Shown here: one piece after another, positions 11,053-25,769 of the stretch
Position numbering within the stretch: the stretch's first letter is position 1
Layout: every line of letters begins with the position of its first letter
From: Macrostomum lignano
Lineage: Eukaryota
Direction of reading: 5' to 3'
Assembly (NCBI GenBank): GCA_002269645.1
Contig: NIVC01001568.1
Span: 62,001 to 126,000 of the forward strand
Length of the DNA: 64,000 bases
Position numbers and translations under genes: made by a program
The notes under the pieces: model-generated
Databases searched by the model: none
What the model was told of the DNA's origin: nothing
Seen by the model: the letters and a program-made list of their open reading frames with translations, nothing else

Positions 11053-14000
11053 TTTTAAAAGGAACGACCCAAGGAAGCGGAGTTGTCGCAGATAAACTAC
11101 ATGAGTTTGGGCAAACTTTAGAAAAAACGGGCGAGAAAGCTAAAGGATTTTTTGACAATATTGGAGCCAATTTTAGACCAGCCGTCTAGAAAAAAAGAAG
11201 ATTTTTAATAAGTTAGGAAAAGATTTTAACATAATCGAAAAACACGACGGAAGCGGATTATATCTCGAAATGAGGCCAAAAGCAGGTTCAGGAATCTTCT
11301 TAAATGCAAACGTTATGGGCAGCGGATTACTGTTACCGAAAGCAGATCTCGAGTAGGGAGCAAAAATTGTATAAACTTTTTTCTATAAAATGGAAGCTAT
11401 TCCCACTGGTTCACACGACCTCGAAACGACATCGAATCAAGCAGTATACCTCGATTTGACTATATTCTGGTTTTTCCAACAATTTGTTTATATAAACCAT
11501 CCCCGTGGTGTCGAATGTATTAAAAAACATAGATTTTTTTAAAATTAAAATGATAAAGTATGACGTAATGACATCGTATCCATGCCGTAAAGTAGGACCT
11601 CGTTTGTACGATAAAACTTCGATAAGAAGTTGATAGTTCAAATTTTTGACAACAAAAAACATGTATTAAAATGAAAGTACCACTGTTAATTCAAAGATTT
11701 TTATAATCATTTTTTACCAGTTATGTTTTAGCATTAACGAACAATAAAGAGTATTTTTTCAATTGTTATAGTACGTTTATTAAATATGGACAGACTAGTC
11801 TATCTGCGGTTTTAAATTATTTTCCAGACCTACGACGGCCCTCTATACACGTGCGTGCGGACGTGTCAGTATAGAGTATAGTCTACAAATGATTATCTTT
11901 GCTGCGCTAGAATTGTTATTGAAAGATAAAGTTAAAAAGTAATATACACTGCGTTTCAAATAAGCTTGTCTAATATAGTTCATAATAAACTTTCATTCTT
12001 TATTTTCATTTTTTTTAAAAATATTGAAAAAAATAAATGTTTCAAAAACATTCATTTTTTAATTCATTGCTTATATTCAAATTCATTTATATTATAGTTA
12101 TACTTAATTTTATGTTCATAATTTGAGTAAGATACTGTGTCTAACTCTATATTTTAATAAAAGTTTAATTTCCTCTTACTGGAGACTCCAAGCCTAGTAG
12201 ATTCTGAAAGCATGGGCAGCAGGCAGTGGAGCTTGTGACACCGGGGGCACATGCCCACCTCCCCTAGAAAATAAGTCCATATGGAAATTTTAGTGCTTTT
12301 TCTTATTTTAGACTTTAATTAGCAGCTTATAAAGGTACATGTGGCCCACTTTCTTTGTGCCCAATGCCCCCCTTAAATATTAGGCTCCACTGCCCCTGTC
12401 TGAATGTTAAAAAATTCAAAGTTGTGTAATATAAATTTTAATTTTTGTCAAGATTAATAAATATACTGCTTATTTAAACTTCTATTTTTAGTGAGTGAAC
12501 ATTTATTTTATTGCTTAACATAGTTTTTTTAAAAGAATTTTCATAGAGCAAAACAAGTTTGTTTATGTAAAATACATATTAAATGAAAGTAGTGCATTCA
12601 AGTATTTTTCAATTCCACATAGCTGGCCTATATAGACAAGTTTTGGCCTACAATTCGGTTTTTATATTTTATTATATGACACATTGTATGAATGTTTTAT
12701 GTTTACTATACAAATTATCTTTTATTTTAATTTTATTTAGACATCATAATATCAATCATATATTTCATGTATATGATATTAACTAGTATTTTTTATATCT
12801 ATGAAAACTTGTAGCATCCAAGTGTTTTAGTTATTAGGCCTAGTAGAAATAAGGGCATTCTTTCGTTTTACGATCCCTGAGCAGGTCAAGTTTTATCTTA
12901 TGATCCCCAAAAAAAGAGTTGAAAAGACACTCTAGTTTATCAAAAAGTACATTTCACATTTATTTTTCAAGAAAAAAATCACTGCAACTCACTTTCTAGT
13001 CAACTTAAATCATCACTGCAACTTACTTTTCAGTCAACTTGAGGATTGTGGGTGTAGCATAGTTATGAAAGCATATAGCTTATATTCACTTTGTCATACA
13101 ATCATTTAAATGGTGAAATTATGTGTAGAATGATCGCAGGACAAAACCAAAAGAGCTTGTAGGTTTTGAATTATGATCACCGCATTAGTAGAATTGTATT
13201 GAAGGGATTGTATGATGAAAGTGAATGGATTGCTATGTCCTAAATTGCTATATTAACTGATCATTGTCACTCTATGGACTGTATCTTAAAACTGTATTTG
13301 TTATAAAATTTGCATGCGTCGGCGTACACTGCCCCCCCTCACTTTTGTTATACAATCACCCCTTGGTATAACACATAGGTCCAATGAACTGGGGGATCGT
13401 TAGACAAAAGTTAGGGGGTACCCAAAAAGGGTGCAATATAGTTTATTTAGTAAAAAATGCTTCTTATGTGCGCCACAGGGACTTGGCTTTCTATTTACAG
13501 ACATATTGTAGAGAGGCTAGCTGCAATTGATTGTTTAGTTAAAACGTCTATTATAGCAACAATTTTCTACCATTTTGTCATACAATCCCTCCAATACAAT
13601 TTTAACATTAATGTGATCATAATTCAAAACCTACAAGCTTTTTCAGTTTTGTCTTGCAATCATCTACATATAATTTCACTATTTAAATGATCATATGATG
13701 AAAGCAAATATAAGGACACTTCTAACTTCTGTAGGACACAGGATTTTATATTAAAATGATATGCTTAGAAGTGGTCCTATTTTGAACTTTGATTTGTCTT
13801 CTGTGGGGGATTGTATAACAAAAGTCCCAACTCCCATAGGGACAGTGCTGGGTCAAAACAAAAGAATGCCAAAATAAGAAATAAAGGCCTAGCTAAAATG
13901 TGTTATACAATTCAATGACAATGAGTTGATCTATTTTAAGATGTGCATAGTTACTTATCCCATTTATCTAATTAATTTTAATAAAATTTTAACAGAGGCA

Positions 14001-14890
14001 GAAGGCTTTTTATTTCAATGGATAGAATGGCAGCAAAGAGTTTATGCTTCTTTGTGGGTATATTTATATTTACACAAACTGCGCAAGATTAAGGGGCCTA
14101 GAGAGATTTGAAAAAAGGTGGCATGGCATAATAAGCTATGCTAACCCCCCAGCTTAGTGAGCTGGCTAGCCTGGTGCATAACCAGTTTTACAACATGCCA
14201 ATTTTAGTGAGCAACAAAGACTAGGCAAAGCCTCTATATGGAATCAAGATAATAGAATAAGATAAGATAATAGAAAGTTAAAACCCATGCTGCCATTGTC
14301 AATAACCTGAATACAAAAAATGCTTTAGTTTTATAACACAATATATTGACCTAAATATTTTAATGAGAAAGTTTTAAATAATAATTTATTGTAAGATATA
14401 TGACAATAATATAATAATACCTTAAAAACAAGGTTGTTTTATTTCAATGGCCATGGCATAATTTCAACTCATATTAAACATGATTACATGAAATTGATTG
14501 TTAATACACATTATTTGAGCCTGATGTGAAAAAGTGAGATCCCCAAAATGCCAAAACAAGCTGAAATTTAATTCATTGAATTCAACTATGCTGTTTAGCT
14601 TGCAATATTTTTCCTTTATCACTTGGGTATTATAAAAAGCGGACATATAGTTTAACAAATATTTAATGTTTTAAACAAAAACCTTTTTTGTTCTATTTAG
14701 CTATCTAAAATTGGAATAAGGTGTAAAAAATAAGCTGTTGAGCTTTTATTAGAACGAATATTGGTAAGATAATCTTAATAAAAATCTAGCTAAGAGAATC
14801 TTAGTACTCTTGGAAAATCATTTACTTAAATAATTTTAGTATAAAATTTTATCATACCCTCAAAACAATCATTTTTTTAACTTTTCAGAA

Positions 14891-16854
14891 ATGGCTTCTA
14901 GACAAACAGCAAATCGCTACATCCGTGAATATCTGTTGACTCTGATGTCAGCAGACAGCACTGCTAATTGTGTAGAGGATGAGAGTTTGTCTGAAGTTTC
15001 TGCTTCATTTCAACTTTCTGAAGCTGAAGAGTTTGCGAATCCGCACGTGTGGAAAGACCTGGCTCCAGATGCTGGTGAAGACAATTCGGAAATCCCATAT
15101 TGCTACTCGCACGAAAGTAGTGGTGAATCTTCTGATACAAGCGATGACGAGTCAGGTTCTGCAACAAGCAATCCGCAAACAAGCCGCCCTTCGCTGCCGG
15201 CGAAGCTTCTGACTTTCATGCTGATATTTTCTGTTAGCAAAAGAGCTATGCAACACCTTTTAGTAATTCTGAACGAGGAGGGTTGCAATGTACCGAAGTC
15301 GGTCAGCACTTTGAAACGCTATTGTCAACCTATTTCACATGACCTTTTATCTGTCGCATGTGGTGGCCAATTCGCCTACTTCGGTATTATGAACAATATT
15401 CGTTTTTGCTTCGAACGCCAGCTTTTAAAGCTCAATGATCACTTCCAGAAGTTGACAATATTAGTCAACTTTGATGGGGTTCCCGTGTACAAGAGCTCGA
15501 AAATGTGTCTATGGCCCATTTTGCTTGCCATTAAAGGTGTTGATTTATCTGTCCCTTTACCAATCGGAGTTTTTTGCGGCACCAACAGGCCACCATTGAG
15601 TACGTATCTTGAGAGTTTTGCTCAAGAGTTGCGCTCTTTAATGGAAACTTACGTTTCCATTGCTAATAAAGCTATAACAATCGAACGCTGCATTATTATT
15701 GCTGACGCACCTGCCCGTGCGTTCATTCAAGGAATTTACAGCCATTCGGCTAGACTCGCATGTGGATATTGCAAAATTGAAGGCTCTCGTATTGAAAACC
15801 GTATGTGCTTTCCTTATAATCAATATGAGCCACGTACCAACGACGCTTACATGTCCATGCGTGAAAGTAACCAACTTGTATCTTCTCCATTACTCGGCAT
15901 TGTCAATTTCGTGGAAGATCTCCCCCTGAATACATGCATTCGGTGTTTCTAGGTGTTGTGAAGCGTTTGTTTTCTTTATATGTTTCTTCTATTAAGGGTA
16001 TTAAGTTACCGTGCCGATTGTCTGCTGTTCAGAGAATTCATCTTTCGCAGCTAATGATTCAAGTTTCTAAGTGCTTGCCCCGTGAGTTTCACAGAAAGCT
16101 CAGAAGCCTCGACGAATTCGAGCACTTCAAGGCGTGTGAGTTTAGGACTTTAATTGTGTACCTCGCTCCCGTTTTGTTTCGTAAGTTTCTACCAGCTCCT
16201 TATTTTGACCACCTGATGCTATTGCATGTAGCAATCTTTTGCTTTGTTTCACAAGAGCTTTCTACTTCTCTGTTTCATCAAGCATCTTCTTGTATTACAC
16301 TTTTTTGCCAGAGAGCTCCAGGATTATACAAAGGTGCTCTGCAATCTTTTAATGCGCATCTGTTATCCCACATGCCTCATTTTGTAGAATCACTCGGTCC
16401 ATTGGATCAGTGGTCTGCATTTTTTTTCGAAAACTACAACGGAGTTTTGAAGCGTCGCTTAAGGTGCACATCAAATATTTTCATGCACACCATAAATACT
16501 ATGTCTCACATTCGAAACGCTTTTGTTACTACTACTCCTCGCCCGCTATACTTTTCCTGCGCGTCGCCGGACAATTGTTGTATTACTCAATGTGGTCATG
16601 TACTTGCTATTTCAGCTCTATCTATCGAGTATGGGCGCACAAAAGTTATTGGTAAAATTTTTCAATTTGTTAGAGACATGTACTCTTTTCCATATAGCTC
16701 TTCATCAATAGGCATTGGTATATATAAACTGACAAACAATAGCGTTTATGATGCCACGGCAAAGTCCAAATGTATTCTGATACCACGTGAGAGCAATGAG
16801 TATTTCGTTATTCCTCTCGCCAATCCTGATTTGGCTCTCTTTTCGCCATCCTAA
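14891..16854 (+). pseudogene. EnSpm/CACTA-family transposase with one frameshift
   Basis: Motifs VNFDGVPVYKSS..LWPI, ADAPARAF..H..CGYC, MHSVFLGVVK, FKACEFR, NAHLLSH, SAFFFEN. One C is missing in the C-run at ~15920-15925 (would read DLPPEYMH); mutation or homopolymer error. Confidence 0.88.
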
Positions 16855-17728
16855 TCCTATTTTGACTCCATTCTACTTCGGGTGTGTCATAAGTAATGCC
16901 ACTGCATCCTTCTGTCTAAAGTATGTAGGCATATGCACTTAAGGATGGTCCAGCTGCAACGTATAATTCACCAAAAATCTCAGCAAGACGCCTGCGCCAA
17001 GCAGATTCGCATGGACTTTTCCAAAAGGAGTTTTCGCAAAGTATGAAGATGTCAACAGGCCGTGTTGCACTGGTTCCGGCAGCTGGAGGAAAAACTGGAG
17101 GAAGGCTGAGTTGGAGAAGCTGTATGAGCACTGCCAGGGGTCGATTGATATTGGGGGGACACTGTGTTGTTGATTGATACGGTTTTGTTCATCTGCGGTT
17201 GTAAGTTTGTCTGTTTTCACATCACTCAGTGACATTTCTTATGACACACCCGAAGTGTATCGGTATTTTGCGTCTTTGTTTCGTGTTTTACGGTTTAAAT
17301 TCTCACAAAAGTCTTATGCATTATTGGCTTGTGTAAACATTGGGACTTTTAATTAATGCTCTTGAAGAATGAGCTCCAGTTTGACTTAAACTTCTTTATT
17401 TTTTATTTGCACTTTGGATATTATAAGTATAAAAAGATACTTAACTGCTTGTAATCTTCAAGTTTTGTTCATATTTTTAGATAATGAACCGCCGTTATTT
17501 TAAATTACTAGTCCACCCAATCTGCATGCTGCCCTATACTTTCTTTTTCTATCTAGTTAGCTTGTATCGACTATGGGGAGCTAGAATACTGCCTAGAACT
17601 TGTTCGCCTGCCAAATTCCTTTACCGAGGATCGCTTACTAAAAGTAAAATTATTGAACAAATGCTAAAATTTTGATAATTTTCTCAAAACTAATTAAATA
17701 GCCAGTCCATTTGTTTAAAATTGCAGAA

Positions 17729-19637
17729 ATGTCGCAAGCAGGCGAGTCAACTGCATTTATGCTGTTTTTTCGGACTTTTAATCAATTCCGCGTAATTGCT
17801 GGTGATTTCATAGATTTGCCGCACCGCAATTGGACAGAGGAAGACTGGATGGACACTGGGTACGCAGAAGTCGCAGTTGACTTGCAGGACGAAAATGGAT
17901 CAAGTACAGGCATTGTAGTCCAAGTGGCTACATCTATTACCGATCTAAATGAGACATTTAAAAAGGCAAAGGATCTTCGCTACAAAAAAAACTTCTCGTT
18001 GGCCAAAATCCTGACGTTCTTTCGCCGTTTTAAGTCCGGTCGGGATCACGTGCCGCCTATGAGAAACCTAACTACCGAAGATGAGCAAACCGATGCAGAT
18101 TTAGATGCTGCAGCAGTACGAGTGAAGGCTTTACCTGCACAGCATCAACAACAGCAAGAGATTCAGCTGCCATCAATGCCTGCCAAAAATGCACCATTAA
18201 CTACACGTACAATTTCGAATGAGTCAGCGGTTGAGACTACTGTTGTTTCGACAGGCGTGTCTACGAATTTGGTTAGTCATGCATCAGCATCGTTTGCCCC
18301 TCAGCCCCGCGGTGGTGGAAGGTTTCAGTCAAATCTACGACCGTACATTCAGTCGCTGCAGGCGCAGGGTATTGACCCCTTCTCTCCGGACGGTCATACT
18401 CATCTGCTGCTCCTTGTCCTTACGGAAGTGACCAAACTAAAACAAACGATTTCAGAAATCAGACCTGCTGCGTCAATGGCCAACACCAACACGGCAATTG
18501 ATTTGGGCCTTCCTATCAAGGACCGTGAAGAATACGCCGCTTTCTCGAACCGCGTCAAGGAGAAAAATTTTCGACAAAGTATTGTGAGTCTGACCGCATG
18601 TTTATTTTTCTGAGTGCATATTATACAGACAATCATTTATGGCATGTTTGGATTGAGTAATTTCCCTATCCTGTATACTTCGCATATCGAATGTCATGGT
18701 CAACAATTTCAAAGTCAAAAGCTAAGACTTAGTGGATATTTTTGATTTAATCAAATAACTATAATATTTGAAGCAGGTGCTTCTGATTGCATTTTTACCT
18801 AAGTCTGATGTCATTGACATCATTGTAGGTTGCTTATCTCCGCCGGCTGGGCGGCCAGTCAGTTGACAGAATGATTACGTCAATGGTGGATGCACTACTG
18901 GCAACTGATTTTCAACGCCAGTTTAATTTGACTGGGAAGGATTACAGCCAGCAGGGGCGGCCGAGATCGAAGATATCGTTTCGTGAATCTATTGAGCCCA
19001 TTATCAGCGGTAAGTCACATACTCTGTGAAGCGTAGTTTTGCAGGAGAATCATAATCCGATTTATTATTTAGTAGTGACTATTGTTTTTAAAACAAGAGT
19101 AAATTTACTAAGTTTTCTTAATTCCTACATAAAATATAGGAGAATAGAATTAATTACTGTAGAGAACCAAAATTTATCGTAAAGGGAAGGAAATTAGATC
19201 GTATACCAATGCAGTGCGTTATCAGACTAAATACTATACAGTATGCTGCAGTTGTTGTTTAGAAACTTTCATAACTTCAGGGTCATATCAGTTATTTTCA
19301 GCTATTATGCCTATCTACTTACGCAATATAGCTTTATTCAGATGTTAGCTCTAATATATTGGCCTATTGATGGTATTTTAAGTATGCAAATTTAATCTTT
19401 TTTCCAGAAGCAATGGCCACGTGCAAGCCGCCAGTCACGTCGGCTGAGGTCACCCGGCGCATTAGTCGCTATCTGCAGGATGTTGGCCAGCGTTGTAAAG
19501 CCCTAACGCGCTTAAACCCTCAGCCTGACGGCAATGAGGAAAGCCAAACCGAGGGACGCGATTCTGCCGACTGCGACAGCGAGGATGAAGATTTTGAACC
19601 ACTTCACAAGAGAGTGGCAAGGCAAAGGGAGACCTAA
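17729..19637 (+). CDS. Spliced companion gene of EnSpm-1, DUF4806-like C-terminus
   Basis: Exons 17729-18583, 18829-19009 and 19408-19637 with GT-AG introns in consistent phase (0, 1); exon 2 VAYLRRLGGQSVDRMITSMV..FNLTGK..KISF and exon 3 EVTRRISRYLQDV fit DUF4806. Confidence 0.75.
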
Positions 19638-20463
19638 TTTTGATGCTGTACGACGCACTCCATCTATGAAACAGTTCATGAATTTCTTGCTCAGCACATT
19701 TTTTGTTTTGCTTTCCTTGTTTTTCTTGTTTCTTGAGTATTATGCAAACTATGGTACAAGCAAATTATATTAAAGAAAAACTGGGATATGAAAAGCAAAA
19801 ACAATTTTGCTGTCGACAATCGGTTACGAGGGAAAACTAGCAAAGCATAAGAATGGGTCAAACTTGTGAAATATAAGAGATAATAACTACATGTAACATA
19901 CGCTCGAAGTTGTTATAGTAGTGGTAAGATCACCAGGGGAAACAGATAACTGTAAAAATTTTCTCATGTTACTTTTCCTATTTTTTAAAAGCAGAATAAA
20001 ATTTCGTTTTTGTTGCATGTACGATTTTTTGTTTCATCATTTATTTTTTATTTCTTATTCTTTTCCGCTTTGCATTCGTTTTCTTTTCGTGTGTTTCGAT
20101 TGCTTGTCGGCCAGTGTTTAACGTTTTTTAGAAAAACAAATGTATCAAATAAAGTGCAGACAATCCCCCTAAAATATTATAATGCTGTTCGATATAAATT
20201 GTACGTTTCAATTGCATATCAGCTAGTTGTTTTCTCATCATTGGTTATTTATAAATGCGTCCATGCAGCCAAAAAGCAAGTTTAATTGCAATTCCGTATT
20301 TAAATCTATGTACAGTACTAAATATACGCGATCTCGTTTTCACCTCGTTTTTATGACTCTGTCACGAGGTCGAATCAACGAGGTCGTTACGCCGGAACAT
20401 TTAGTATACTCGTTACGAGATGCCAAAATGAGGTCGATTCGAGGTCGCATTGACCAGTGGGTT

Positions 20464-23400
20464 TTAGCCTAAATCGACAATCCAGAACTAAGAGCGCAAT
20501 TAATGGCTCAAATAGAAGCACAACGAATGGCCGATAGGGCAGAAATAGAAGCAAGAGTTAGAGCAGAAAATGAAATTCGGTTACAAAGACAAATAGATAT
20601 TATCGAACAATCAACATCAAAAACAGATGGTGCTGAAATAATAAATATTGATATTGATATAAATACTGATTATAAAGAATATTTTAAACAAATGAAAAAT
20701 AAATTAAAGGCCATATTAGATAAATATACAATGAAATATAATAACAAACGACAGCCAATTAAGTATAAAATAGAAATTGAAACAGAATTTAAAAAACCAA
20801 ATATGATAAATGCAAATACAGAAATTGAAGTAATAAACAAATTTTCACAAGAATCCTATAAGTCTCTTTTAGCTATGAAAGTATTTAATAGTCAATTTGA
20901 TCAGATTGAAGCAGAGTTTGATGAATGGATAGATAAGATGACAGAAAACGGATCTGGGTTTATATTTGTATCTTGTAACTCAGCCACAGTAAAGATTGTT
21001 CCAATTGAAATTCTTCGAGGACGAGCGCATATGAATCCTGGATTTAAATCACCAATGATCATAAATCCTGACAATAAAGATGATAGGTGTTTATTATGGT
21101 GTTTACTAATTCACAAATACCACAAACATTTAAAATCACATGTAAATAAAATATATAATTATAGAGATTATGAGGATGAAATAATAATGAAAGACATATC
21201 CTACCCAGTGTCTATAGACGATATATACAAGGTTGAAAAAATGAATGGTTTAAATATTAATGTGTTTACAATTGAAGAGCCAGTAAACATTAATGAAGCT
21301 GATAAAGATTGGTATAAAAAAAGATGTTATTTAGTAAAGCCAGCAACAGATATAACAGCACCGGATCAAATCGATTTATTATACTTACAGCATGAAAACA
21401 ATACTCATTATATTTACATAAAGGACATTAGTTCTTTTTTGAAGAGAAAATGGAAATAGGATGATATTATGTAGAAATTGTTTCACATTTAAAAAGGATG
21501 AAACAGCTCTTAGAAACCACCAAAGGTTTTGTTTAGATCACAAATTTACTAATGTTGTAATGCCCAATGAAAAAGAACAAACCCTAAAGTTCCAACAACA
21601 TTATATGGCAATTAAAAAACCAATAGCAAAATATACCAAAACCAATACCAAAACCAAAACCAAACCTGATTTTGAAGCAACAAATGTTCCACTTGTACAA
21701 CAGGATAGCACCGACTGCACAAAAAAATTAGCACAGCAGTTTCCAAATAGTTATTGCATATATGTACACTCCATAGCTGATCAAATATTTAAATCAAGGA
21801 TGATTACTTATCATGGCAAGGATGCCGCAAAACACATGGCAGAAGCATTAGTAAATGCATTTGAATATATTCAAAATCAATATGATAAGTTATCAAAATA
21901 TATTATTATGACAGATAAGGATAGAGATAATTATAAAAATGCAACAAATTGTTTTATGTGCAAAAGGCATTTAAGTAAGAATAATAAGATACGAGAGCAT
22001 TGCCATCTAACAGGAATTTATCGCGGGGCGGCATGTACAGTAGATCATGTAATGCAAAAGAAGGAAAAGGCTGTAAGGAAATACCATGGGATTTAGAAAT
22101 AGTAAAGAAAAACTTTCCAATACTATTGAATCGTTTCAAAAAGGAAAAACTATCCGAGGAAGAACTAATGCTATTAACTCGCAAGGGGGTCTACCCATAT
22201 GAATATGTAACATCTGAAAAGGTATTTAATGATACTCAACTACCCCCAATTGATAAGTTTTACTCAATACTATCACAATCAAATATAACCGAATCGGATT
22301 ATGAACATGCTCAAAAAGTATGGAAATATTTTAATTGTAAAACATTTAAAGATTATCATAATCTTTATCTTAAAGCAGATGTTCTCCTGCTAGCTGATGC
22401 GTTTGAAAACTTTAGAAATCATACATATGAGAATTTTGAAATCGATCCCGCATATTGCTTCAGCGCACCCGGATTAACATGGGCGTGTGGATTGAAACAT
22501 ACAGATGTTAAAATTGATTTACTAACTGATCATGATATGTTGTTAATGATTGAGAGAGGAATTCGTGGTGGATTCTCAGGGGTACTAGGAGATAGATATA
22601 CTAAAGTAAATAATAAGTATCTTCCAAATTATAATAAAAAAGAAAAATCATCATATGTATTATATCTAGATGCAAACAATTTATACGGCGGTTGTATGAA
22701 ACAAAAATTACCAATTGCCGATTTCCAATGGGAAGACGATCCAGATTACTATAAAAACATTCCTGAAGGAAGGGGATGTATCTTAGAAGTGGATTTGCAA
22801 TATACTCGGGAAGCAAAAGCAAAAACATATAAATATCCTTTAGCTCCAGAGCATTGTTCAGTTAATGAAGATGATTTATCACAAACACAAAAAGATTACC
22901 TCGAAGCGGATAATGCAAAACATCTAGCAACAAAAAAGTTAATACTAAATTTACATGATAAGAAAAACTATGTAGTGCATTATAAGCTTCTACAATTTTA
23001 TGAAAAGCAGGGATTAAAAGTATCTAAAGTACATCGAACAATATCGTTTATTGAGGAAGAGTGGTTAGCTAAATATATCGACTTTAATTCAAATCAGAGA
23101 CAGATGTCAAAAACAAATTTCGAGAAAGATTACTGGAAATTAATGAACAATGCTTTTTATGGAAAAACGGTTGAAAATATTAGAGATAGAACCCAATTCC
23201 ATTTAGAAAAGGATATTGAAAAAGCGAAGAAATATTTTTCTAAACCAAACTTTAAAGACTTTATAAAATTTGATGATGAGTTTATGGGAATTCATATGCG
23301 CAATAAAACAACAAAGTTTCTTAAACCAATCTTTATTGGAATGGTTGTTTTAGATTTTGCAAAGCTGGTAATGTATGAATATTATTATGATGTTATAAAT

Positions 23401-24130
23401 AAAACTTGGCCAGATAACTATCCAATATATGCAGACACCGAAAGCTTGGTATTTAAGGTTGAAACGCCGGACGTCTATAAAGACATGGAAACAATTCAGG
23501 ATACATTGGATACATCCGACTATCCGGATAACCATCCCTTAAAATCAAATAAAAATAAGAAAGTTGTACTTAAAATGAAAGATGAATTAAATAGCAAAAT
23601 CATAACCGAGTTTATAGCAATAAGATCAAAATGCTATGCATTTAAGGTTTTAGGACAGGAGGGAGAGGTAAAAAAAATAAAAGGGGTATCAAGGGCAGCA
23701 GTTAAAAAGATAACATTTGATGATTATAAAAACGTACTTTTAGATTACCTTAATACAATTGAAAATTATCATGCTCCACAATATCGATTAAACTCAGATA
23801 ATCATCAGATGTTTGTCATCGAGACAGATAAAAAAACATTAAATCCATTTGATGATAAAAGGTATTTAGATGATAAAATTAAAACATATCCATATGGTTT
23901 AAAAGAAGAAATTAAAAACATGCAAAAAGATAAAAAACAAAAAGAGGATATAATAAGCAAATATAAAGAATACAATGAGTCAATAAATGAATATTATAAT
24001 AATTGTGATTGCGAGGGGGACTGTGAATGCGAATATAATACATTTTTAGAATATGAAAAAGATATTGATAACTATTATGCAACATTTCCAAAAGAACTTA
24101 AAAAAATAAACAAGGAAAAAGCCTTGGATA
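20464..24130 (+). pseudogene. Protein-primed family B DNA polymerase of the Polinton (first 4 codons stranded at 11390-11401)
   Basis: EndoVII-like HCHLTGIYRGAA, KGVYPYEY, YLKADVLLLAD, YLDANNLYG, KLMNNAFYGK, DDKRY. Disabled by a stop at 20470, a break at 21459, loss of the ExoII region near 22040, and YxDTDS reading YADTES. The tail to 24273 is foreign sequence. Confidence 0.92.
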
Positions 24131-25769
24131 CCCGGTGTAAAAAGCTGAGTCTAGCGGACGTCTTTAGGACCATGGTGGGTCATCAAAGGGTCGCGTCAGC
24201 TTTAGGAGAAAAAAACGCAATTTTTTTTGTCAAACCACTGCAAAAGGTCAAATTGCAGTTACCAAATGGTTAGAAGGTTTATTACTGATGGACTTTTGAG
24301 GGTCCGTTTTCAGTCTACTATCGTCCGTTTAGATCCTACCTAATTTTAAAAAATCAGTTTCATCGCTGAAATAATGCTGATAATTTGTCGAAAATTCGCT
24401 TAGTTTACGGTTTATTTCTGAATATAATACACATATTGAAATCACTTCGATAGTCCGTTTTAAACTGACATGTACTGCCAAGAATGACCCTTTAATTTCT
24501 GTAGCTAATTTTGCGACTTACAACAGTAGAGCAGGTAGCAAAATTGTTTTTAAAAGAAGTTAAGCACATAAGAAAGCAGATTAGAGTTGCAAATTTTCCA
24601 AATTGGAGTTTCGTTATTTTCTGGTTATTCAGTAGAAATTGTACAAGTTTTTTGTTGTCAGTACAGTACGAGCGTACGCTCGTATATGTTAATGAATTTA
24701 AATTTATCTGATGAACAACATCTTATCAGGTTTTAGTATTAGTCATATTTTTAGTCCTTATTTAATATCCCGGGCTGCCAAAAAACGTTCGTCCAACGAA
24801 AAGGATATTTGGGCAAAGTGAATAGTCGTATGGGCTGTTGAAAAAACGTTGGAACAATGTGGGACATTCAACGAAGGAAAATACCGCACATTTGCGGCAC
24901 ATTTACTTTTAGTAGCATAATATGCATGTTTGTATACCTGTACAAAATAGACGAATTGGCCTGAATTTTTTTGAAAAACTGTTTACTGTTAATCGGGTAA
25001 ACTAATCTGTTCCCGCTTGTATTAATTATGCAAAGCTTTTCGTACATGTAGCTCGAAGAAAAGATGAAAAAATAAATTCGCTGGACGACGATACAGATTA
25101 AGCTGAAACTGTTTTTCTGCTACATGTACGAGCGTACATGTAGCTATAGCTGAGCTGATGGCAATTACAATGAATCAGATATTTCTGTTATAAGTTACAT
25201 TACACGTGCAATTAATTATGAGCTTATTAAATTTCCAGTTTGCTGAAGGCGCCGAATAACTTTATATTTTGATTTTGATTTTGATGGTCGGGTGAAAAAC
25301 GTCTTCATACATGTATAATATGGTTGCCCGTTAGTTAGCTACTACTGACAGTAAGGTCCTAAAGAGTATTCGTTTGAAAGCATCAATATAACCCACTGGA
25401 AAATCACAGCCGATTACTCAATTAGTTGTAGAATACAGTTGGGTTCACGGAAAGACACGATTTTTCCATGGAATCGTTCTGGAATTCTATAGAATATTTG
25501 TTCCTATTGGTTGAAGCGCGGCCAATTAGTAGAACACTGACAGCCTCCCCCACCAAACCGCAACAGAGAAAGAATGACACGGTGGGGTGACAGTTGACAG
25601 TCAAAAGGTGTGTGTATACTGTAACCTCCATGCACTAATATTTTTCCTATATTTCCCATCCTTCTAACCAATTACAGCATTAAGTCTGTCTTTCAAAGCA
25701 ATATTTTTGTAAGGGTGCTTTCGTGACCTTCTAAGTGCAGGTACTGGTCCTCGTCGTTCGTCACGTCAT

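Larger units (their letters stand above)
11402..20461 (+). mobile_element. CMC/EnSpm-like DNA transposon (EnSpm-1), 9060 bp, full length
   Basis: TIRs cccactggt..cgacctcgaa (11402) and ttcgaggtcg..accagtggg (20461), 2-bp TSD tt, encodes a transposase and a companion gene. Excision rejoins the pPolB 5' codons. Confidence 0.9.

Noticed and set aside
15915-15935. Programmed frameshift in the EnSpm-1 transposase
   Set aside because: No XXXYYYZ heptamer or stimulatory structure; the homolog EnSpm-2 is continuous here, so a 1-bp homopolymer loss is simpler.
16916-17235. Minus-strand ORFs between the two EnSpm-1 genes
   Set aside because: Short, overlapping, no recognisable motif or consistent splice pattern.
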